NCBI GenBank assembly: GCA_045863235.1
Contig: BTUM01000006.1
Location: 32,001-96,000, forward strand
Direction of reading: 5' to 3'
DNA from: Candidatus Xenobia bacterium
GTDB taxonomy: Bacteria > Vulcanimicrobiota > Xenobia > Xenobiales > QWHO01
Length of the DNA stretch: 64,000 bases
The notes beneath the pieces are model-generated. The model ran no database searches. It was not told the DNA's origin and was given only the letters and a program-made list of their open reading frames with translations. Positions 58,245 through 64,000 of the stretch are shown one piece after another; the first letter of the stretch is position 1, and each line of letters starts with the position of its first letter. Both the position numbers and the translations under genes were made by a program.

Positions 58245-58949
58245 GTGACCTGCGACAAGCCAAGCATCCTCCTGGTGGAAGACGACGCGATGCTGGCCGA
58301 GCTCGTCAAGGGTCAGATGGACCTGGAGGGCTTCGACGTCACCGTCGCCGGAACCGGAAGCCAGGCCCTGGAAATCCTGTCTCAGGTCGAGCCCGGCCTC
58401 ATCATTTTGGACGTACGCCTCCCGGATATGGACGGAATCTCCCTGTGCCGCCAGATCAGGCGGACACGGCGGACCCCCATCCTGTTCCTGAGCGGTTGTG
58501 CCGAGGATATCGACAAAGTGGTGGGGCTGGAGGTCGGTGCTGATGACTATCTTGCCAAGCCCTTCAATCCTCGAGAATTGCTGGCTCGCGTCCGGGCGTT
58601 GTTGCGCCGTTGGCTCGATTGGGGCCCGATGCGAGCTGAGTCCGACGAAGCAGGACGCTTGCAGCGTGGAGGGCTGGACCTGGATCTCAAAGGTCTGACC
58701 GCCACCCTTGAAGGGCGAGAGCTCGCGCTGACGACCCTTGAGTTTTCGATTCTACGTCTTCTTGCGGAGAATGCCGGCCGGGTCTTGAATCGGCAACAGA
58801 TTCTAGACGGCGCTTGGGGGCCAGATTTTTTCGGAGATGAGCGGACTGTTGATGCGCACATTCGAAATCTGAGGGCCAAGATGCGCGCGGTCAGCCACTC
58901 CGAGATCATTGTGTCCGTGCGAGGCGTCGGCTATAAACTCGTCGGATAA
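58245..58949 (+). CDS. OmpR/PhoB family response regulator (no adjacent cognate kinase)
   Basis: ILLVEDD, ILDVRLP, GADDYLAKPF, RTVDAHIRNLR and SVRGVGY. Confidence 0.92.
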   Translation: MTCDKPSILLVEDDAMLAELVKGQMDLEGFDVTVAGTGSQALEILSQVEPGLIILDVRLPDMDGISLCRQIRRTRRTPILFLSGCAEDIDKVVGLEVGADDYLAKPFNPRELLARVRALLRRWLDWGPMRAESDEAGRLQRGGLDLDLKGLTATLEGRELALTTLEFSILRLLAENAGRVLNRQQILDGAWGPDFFGDERTVDAHIRNLRAKMRAVSHSEIIVSVRGVGYKLVG

Positions 58950-59149
58950 GGGGGGGGTCCCTCCAGATAGACCACCTGGAAATCCCCCCGCACGCAGGCG
59001 ATGCGAGAGCTCCGGGCGCGCCGGAGGTAAGTCAACTTTCCCCCGCATTCAGGGCAGCATTGCTTGGTCGAGTCTGTCTGCTCGAAATCGGCGGCTGCCA
59101 AATCGGCCACGGCAAAACACCGCTCGATCGAGAGTTCCACGGGATCCAT
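58931..59149 (-). CDS. Small hypothetical protein with a CPECGG zinc-ribbon-like motif
   Basis: AGGAGG SD upstream; 72 aa. Confidence 0.4.
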   Translation of the reverse strand: MDPVELSIERCFAVADLAAADFEQTDSTKQCCPECGGKLTYLRRARSSRIACVRGDFQVVYLEGPPPYPTSL

Positions 59150-59289
59150 CAAATGTGTTCCTCCTGACCTGGATGGACCCAGGATAGCCGTTGCGCGTGA
59201 AGGCCGTATGCAGAGCGTGTGCAGGTTCGATGGGCCGCGTCGCAGCAGGACAAGGGAGCGTGCCGAGAAGGCCGCTGATTGCTGCCGGC

Positions 59290-59812
59290 TCAGCGCTCGG
59301 GAGCGCAACTCCAAGCGTAGAGGATCTCGCTCGACACGATGTCGGCAAACTGCTGGAGGGTTTCCAGCTCCCGCGCCGTCCAGGCCCGGGGTCTGCCATC
59401 AATGGCGCACAGACTCCCCAATACCTGACCGCAGGGAGTCACCAGGGGTATGCCCGCATTAAGCGATGACGCACAGGTCCGGAATCGCCAGATTGGCCTT
59501 GACCAGAGGTCTCGTGCGTCGGAGATGACCAGGGGCTGGCTCAGTCCCACAACGTGTTGGCAGAAAGGAATGGCTCAGGGGGGTCTGGCGGCGGCTCGCC
59601 CACGGCTCTCCCAGGCCGCAGGAGCTCTTGAAATACTGGCGCTGCTCGTCGACCAGCGATACCAGCGCAACCGGCACCGTGAGCAAGCGAACGATCAACT
59701 GCGTTATCCGATCAAAGGCCGGCTCCGGCGGGCTATCCATGAGCCTGCTGCGGTCCAGAGCCTCCAGGCGGGCTGAATCGCACAGGGATGGGTGCAGTAT
59801 GTGCTCTGTCAA
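59290..59812 (-). pseudogene. GAF-domain protein with several frameshifts
   Basis: GGAGG SD plus TTG at 59812. RLEAL…EPAFDRIT…VSLVD…SHSF / CQHVV…VISDAR / PLVKANLAI…VIA / AGIPL…GSLCAID is spread over frames, with shifts near 59565, 59510 and 59460. Confidence 0.75.
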
Positions 59813-60020
59813 GACATCCTCCAGACAGGATTGTAGCGATGGCCCTGGATGAGAGAAATGATTCAGATCAGCGGTTGCTGCGCAGCTCGGATCGTCACGT
59901 CTCAGCTTGAGGCTCGCGCAGCTCAAAGCAAAGGAGCTTCCCGACCCCGACGTTCCTGGACCTCCCCTGCCGAGAGGCCGTGCGTCTCCCACCGTGGCCA
60001 GGAGGAAGGTTGCGGCTCAG

Positions 60021-62534
60021 ATGGGCAAGAATACAGGCGGGTTCATGCCGCTTCCAGCTTCGGTCGCCGAGGTGATCCTTCGGTCCGCAACTCACATCTC
60101 GGTGATTGCCACGGACCTGCACGGCATCATAACCCTCTTTAATCCAGGGGCAGAGCAGATGCTGGGCTACTCGAGCGAGGAGATGGTCGGGCTCGAGACC
60201 CCGCAGATCTTCCACGACGCCAACGAAGTGGCCAGGCGAGGGTTGGAGCTTTCCCGGGAGTTGGGTCGACCCATCCAGGGTTTCGATGTTTTCGTCGAGC
60301 TGGCCCGTCAGGGCAGACATGAAGAGCGGGAATGGACCTATGTGCGGAAAGACCGAAGGCGGATAGAGGTGAATCTGGTGGTCTCCGGCCTTCGGGATAA
60401 AGCCGGAGAGTTGATCGGCTTTGTCGGCATCGCCGTGGACATAACTCAGGTGAAACAGGCCAGCGAGGCTGCTGCGCGCACGAAGGAGCAAATCACCGAC
60501 ATCCTGGAGAACTCCGGCATCCTGATTCAGAGTGTCAGCCCCGATGGGAGGCTGCTCTACGTCAACCGCAGCTGGCTGGAAACGCTGGGGTATACTCGCA
60601 AGGAGGCTCTTGGCCAGAAAATTTTTGACTTCGTCGAGCCCTCCGACCAGGCCGGTTGTCAGGAGAAGCTGGCGCGAATCCTCTCTGGAGAGAACCTGGG
60701 AATGATCGAGGTCACCCTGGTGAGCCGTGATCAACGTCGCATTCGGCTCGAGGGAAGCATCAACTGCTCGTTCGAGAGTGGAGTCCCGCTTCACACCCGG
60801 GGTTACTTCCGCGACGTCACCGAGTCGACCATCCTCAAACAACGTTACGAGCTTTTCTTTCGCGATTCCCTGGACTTGTTGTGTCTGGCCTCTCTGGAGG
60901 GTCGCTTCCTTCAGGTCAACCCGGCATGGGTGCGTGCCCTGGGATACACCGAGGACGAGCTGATGGGCCGACCGTTCCTCGAGTTTGTGCATCCGGATGA
61001 TCGCCAGAAGACCATGGAGGAGACCCTTCGCCTGGGTCAAGGCGAGAGCACCGTGGGTTTCGAGAATCGCTATCGATGCAAGGACGGAAGCTACCGCTGG
61101 CTGCTTTGGAGCGCAAGCCCGAGCCAGCACGACAATGTAATTCTGGCCACCGCCCGCGACATCACTGACCGAATTCAGCTGGAGACCAAGCTTCGGGCCG
61201 AGCGCGAGCAAACGCGAGCGATTTTGGACAATCTGGCCGAAGCGGTGATCACCATCGATGATTATGGGCTCGTCCAGTCCTGTAACCCGGCAGTCGAGCA
61301 CGTTTTTGGCTACAGCGCAGACGAGCTCCTGGGCCAGAACGTGAGCCTACTGATGCCCGAGCACCACGCCGCCGAGCACGACTACTACCTGGAACGTTAC
61401 CGGACCCATCGGCAGCCGCGCGTGATCGGTCATCTGCGAGAGCTTGAAGGCAGACGCAAGGACGGCACCGTCTTTCCTCTCGAGCTGGCCGTCGGGGAGG
61501 TCCGCACCGACGAGCAGAAATGCTTGTTCGCGGGAGTCATCCGCGACATCACGAGTCGCAAGAGGGCCGAGCATCAAATGCAGCAGGCCCGTCTTGCGGC
61601 CGAGCAAGCCAGCCAGGCCAAGTCTGGCTTTCTCGCGACCATGAGTCACGAGCTGCGCACCCCGCTCAATGCCATCATCGGTTTCTCGGAGCTGCTCTCC
61701 GATCAGCGTTTCGGCGAGCTCAATGAACGGCAGCGGCGTTACATGCTGAATATTCTCTCGAGCGGTCGTCATCTTTTGCGGCTCATCAACGAGGTGCTCG
61801 ATCTGTCGAAGATCGAGGCCGGGAAGATGGACCTCCATTTCGAGTCCGTCAACCTCGAGCAGGCCGTGACCGACGCCCTGACCGTGGCTCGCGCCTTGGC
61901 CGACCCGAAAGACATCCAGTTGCTCGGAGTCTCCGACGGCGACCTGTGGGTTCTCGCCGATCCGTCCAGGCTCAAGCAAGTTCTGCTCAACTTGTTGAGT
62001 AATGCCATCAAGTTTACCCCAACTTCAGGCTCGGTAACCGTGCGCCAGGAAGATCTGGGCGACTGGGCTTGCATCCGGGTGATCGATTCGGGAATCGGGA
62101 TCCTGCCTGAGGATCAAGAGCGAATCTTCCGGGCCTTCGAGCAGGTTGACTCCTCCCATTCCCGGGCGCAACCTGGTACCGGCCTGGGTCTGGCCCTGAC
62201 CCGGCATTTGGTTGAGCTCCACGGAGGACGGCTTCAGGTCGAGAGCCAGGGGGCGGGAAACGGAAGCACGTTCTCTTTTACCCTCCCGCTCGCCCGGCGC
62301 CAGGCGGAGCAAGCACAAGGCAGGCCGGATGAGGGGCCAGTGGTCGCTGGTGGTCGAGGACGATCCGGCAGCGGCCGAGCTCTTGACCCATCACCTGGCC
62401 GAAGGTGGCTACTGCGTCAGGCACTGTGCGACCGGGCGGCAGGCTATCGAGGTGGTGCGCTCGCTCACTCCCCCTCCCGCCGCCATCACTCTGGATCTGG
62501 TTCTGCCGGATGTCGACGGGTGGTTCGTGCTTGA
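60021..62534 (+). CDS. Cytoplasmic 4xPAS histidine kinase (N-terminal part of a hybrid kinase frameshifted near 62346)
   Basis: Four PAS/PAC domains; MSHELRTPLN, NLLSNAIKFT, DSGIG and GTGLGL. The 3' tail after about 62346 is out of frame. Confidence 0.88.
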   Translation: MGKNTGGFMPLPASVAEVILRSATHISVIATDLHGIITLFNPGAEQMLGYSSEEMVGLETPQIFHDANEVARRGLELSRELGRPIQGFDVFVELARQGRHEEREWTYVRKDRRRIEVNLVVSGLRDKAGELIGFVGIAVDITQVKQASEAAARTKEQITDILENSGILIQSVSPDGRLLYVNRSWLETLGYTRKEALGQKIFDFVEPSDQAGCQEKLARILSGENLGMIEVTLVSRDQRRIRLEGSINCSFESGVPLHTRGYFRDVTESTILKQRYELFFRDSLDLLCLASLEGRFLQVNPAWVRALGYTEDELMGRPFLEFVHPDDRQKTMEETLRLGQGESTVGFENRYRCKDGSYRWLLWSASPSQHDNVILATARDITDRIQLETKLRAEREQTRAILDNLAEAVITIDDYGLVQSCNPAVEHVFGYSADELLGQNVSLLMPEHHAAEHDYYLERYRTHRQPRVIGHLRELEGRRKDGTVFPLELAVGEVRTDEQKCLFAGVIRDITSRKRAEHQMQQARLAAEQASQAKSGFLATMSHELRTPLNAIIGFSELLSDQRFGELNERQRRYMLNILSSGRHLLRLINEVLDLSKIEAGKMDLHFESVNLEQAVTDALTVARALADPKDIQLLGVSDGDLWVLADPSRLKQVLLNLLSNAIKFTPTSGSVTVRQEDLGDWACIRVIDSGIGILPEDQERIFRAFEQVDSSHSRAQPGTGLGLALTRHLVELHGGRLQVESQGAGNGSTFSFTLPLARRQAEQAQGRPDEGPVVAGGRGRSGSGRALDPSPGRRWLLRQALCDRAAGYRGGALAHSPSRRHHSGSGSAGCRRVVRA

Positions 62535-63087
62535 GGAGCTCAAGAACGATGCGCTCACAAGCGCCATTCCAGTCATCATCGTGTCGATGACCGAAGACCG
62601 CTCGCGCGGGATGGCCCTGGGAGCCTCGGAGTTCTTGACCAAGCCGGTGCAGGGAGAGCTCCTTTGCCGTGCGGTACGGTCCCTGCGAGGGCCGTCTCGC
62701 GTCCTGGTCATGAGCGAAGCTCACCTCATTCTGGACCGTCTCACCGAGCGGCTGCGCGAAGCGGGCTATCAGCTCCTCGTCGCCAGCGATGGCGCTCTCG
62801 GGCTGCAGATGGCCCTGAACGACTGCCCCGATGTCGTCATTATCGATTTGCTCTTGCCAGGCCTGCGCGGTCTGGAGGTGGCCCGGCGGCTGAAGCAGGA
62901 TGCTCGAACGAGTAATGTTCCGCTGATTTTCTTCAGCGGACGAGAGCTCGCTGAGCAGGATCGCGAAGAGCTGGCGCGCGAGATTCGCGCGGTTGCTTCG
63001 AGCTCGAGCATCGAGGAGATGCTGATGCAACTCAAGACTCTGCTCGGAGAGCCCGGGGAGGCCAGGTATCGGAGGATTGTCCAATGA
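62329..63087 (+). CDS. Tandem receiver domains (C-terminal part of the hybrid kinase, or a separate REC-REC protein)
   Basis: LVVEDD…ITLDLVLPDVDGW…LTKPV and a second REC with IIDLLLPG. Joins the kinase frame if one base near 62346 is removed. Confidence 0.75.
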   Translation: MRGQWSLVVEDDPAAAELLTHHLAEGGYCVRHCATGRQAIEVVRSLTPPPAAITLDLVLPDVDGWFVLEELKNDALTSAIPVIIVSMTEDRSRGMALGASEFLTKPVQGELLCRAVRSLRGPSRVLVMSEAHLILDRLTERLREAGYQLLVASDGALGLQMALNDCPDVVIIDLLLPGLRGLEVARRLKQDARTSNVPLIFFSGRELAEQDREELAREIRAVASSSSIEEMLMQLKTLLGEPGEARYRRIVQ

Positions 63088-63455
63088 GAATTCTTTTGGT
63101 TGAGGATAACCCGATGAATCTGGAGTTGGAGACAGATCTACTCGAGCTCCATGGCCATGAGGTATTCGGGGCCGGGAATGCCGAGGAAGGCCTGCGCATG
63201 GCCCGCGAGTTGATGCCGGATTTGATTTTGATGGACGTTTCCTTGCCTGGCATGGACGGCCTGGAAGCGACCCATCAGCTCCACCAGGACCCAACAACGC
63301 ATCATCTGCGCGTGGTGGCCTTGACCGCGCACGCGATGCCGGCGGACGAAGAGCGTGCGCGCCAGGCCGGATGCTGCGGCTACATCACGAAGCCCATCGA
63401 TACGAGGACTTTCGTCGACCAGGTCGAGAGCTACCAGTCAGGCCAGGAGTCTTGA
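63084..63455 (+). CDS. Single-domain response regulator (DivK-like)
   Basis: ILLVEDN, DLILMDVSLPGMDG, ALTAHAM and ITKPI. Confidence 0.92.
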   Translation: MRILLVEDNPMNLELETDLLELHGHEVFGAGNAEEGLRMARELMPDLILMDVSLPGMDGLEATHQLHQDPTTHHLRVVALTAHAMPADEERARQAGCCGYITKPIDTRTFVDQVESYQSGQES

Positions 63456-64000
63456 CCGAGGATAAACCGTGGATTCTTGCTGTCGGCCTCGAGCTGAGGC
63501 TGCGGGCAAGATTGCAGGGTCGTCTGAAAGATGCCCATGTGGACCACGTCGCGTCGGGGCAGGAAGCCATGGAGAAGCTGCGCCAGATTCCTTACGCCCT
63601 GGTTGTGGCAGATCACGATCTTATCGATATGACGGGGGAGGATTTTCTGACCCGTTCCCGGGCTTCCTATCGGCGTGAAGTCATTTTTTGCTGCGGTCGC
63701 GAGTCGCAATCTCAAGGTGCGCTGGCCAGACTCGTGCGGGTTTTACGGGTGGCCCGCGTGCTGTTCTATCCGATCGATCCGGAGGAAATGTGCCGTCAGG
63801 TTGCGCTGTTGCTGGGCCTGCGCGTCCCTGCTGTTTCGCTGACTCTGGAGGCCCAGCCCGAATCCGCAGCCCTGCTCAACAAGGTTTGGAGCAAGTTTGA
63901 GGAAACCAATAAGGAGCGCATGGCCCACCTGCGCCAGGCAGCCGAGAGCGCCAGCCGCGGGCAGCTCAGCCCGCTGGCGCGCCGGCAGGCCGAACGTGAG
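63452..64000 (+). CDS. REC-Hpt regulator, paralog of 55860-57974; runs off the window (absent from the ORF track)
   Basis: TTG overlapping the upstream TGA; open frame MTEDKPWILAVG…LVVADHDL…LFYPIDPEE…VWSKFEETNKERMAHL…RRQAERE. Confidence 0.8.
   Translation, partial: MTEDKPWILAVGLELRLRARLQGRLKDAHVDHVASGQEAMEKLRQIPYALVVADHDLIDMTGEDFLTRSRASYRREVIFCCGRESQSQGALARLVRVLRVARVLFYPIDPEEMCRQVALLLGLRVPAVSLTLEAQPESAALLNKVWSKFEETNKERMAHLRQAAESASRGQLSPLARRQAERE

Noticed and set aside
1..64000. CRISPR array, tRNA/rRNA, IS or prophage
   Set aside because: No regularly spaced repeats, cloverleaf or rRNA signatures, and no transposase, integrase or phage structural genes were seen by eye.

Overview
High-GC, gene-dense bacterial chromosomal window with about 55 credible genes. 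I found no rRNA, tRNA, CRISPR array, integrase or transposase. Left to right it contains: the end of a surface-polysaccharide cluster (heparinase II/III-like protein, GT4); an HpnN-like MMPL transporter with a serine hydrolase; a GT-C-like membrane protein, YchJ and an ATP-grasp enzyme; a sulfite-oxidase-family enzyme; two type IV pilus/T2SS gene modules, each ending in a paralogous membrane GAF histidine kinase; an OmpR-type two-component pair; an FAD monooxygenase/TetR pair; a translationally coupled operon of cysteine desulfurase, pseudo-rhomboid-TPR and REC-BTAD regulator; a purC-E-K-F-D-M-N-H cluster; a vapBC pair with both genes broken; and a LIM/DA1-like zinc peptidase. From about 52.6 kb to the right edge lies a signalling-linked glycan synthesis locus: YaiO beta-barrel, processive GT2, HEAT protein, REC-Hpt-GGDEF-like regulators, and a 4-PAS hybrid kinase with a FixL-type heme PAS and a one-base frameshift. 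That locus is the best candidate for an under-described system. The gene families suggest Ca. Eremiobacterota/Xenobia, but this is inference only. All calls come from reading motifs by eye; no searches were run.
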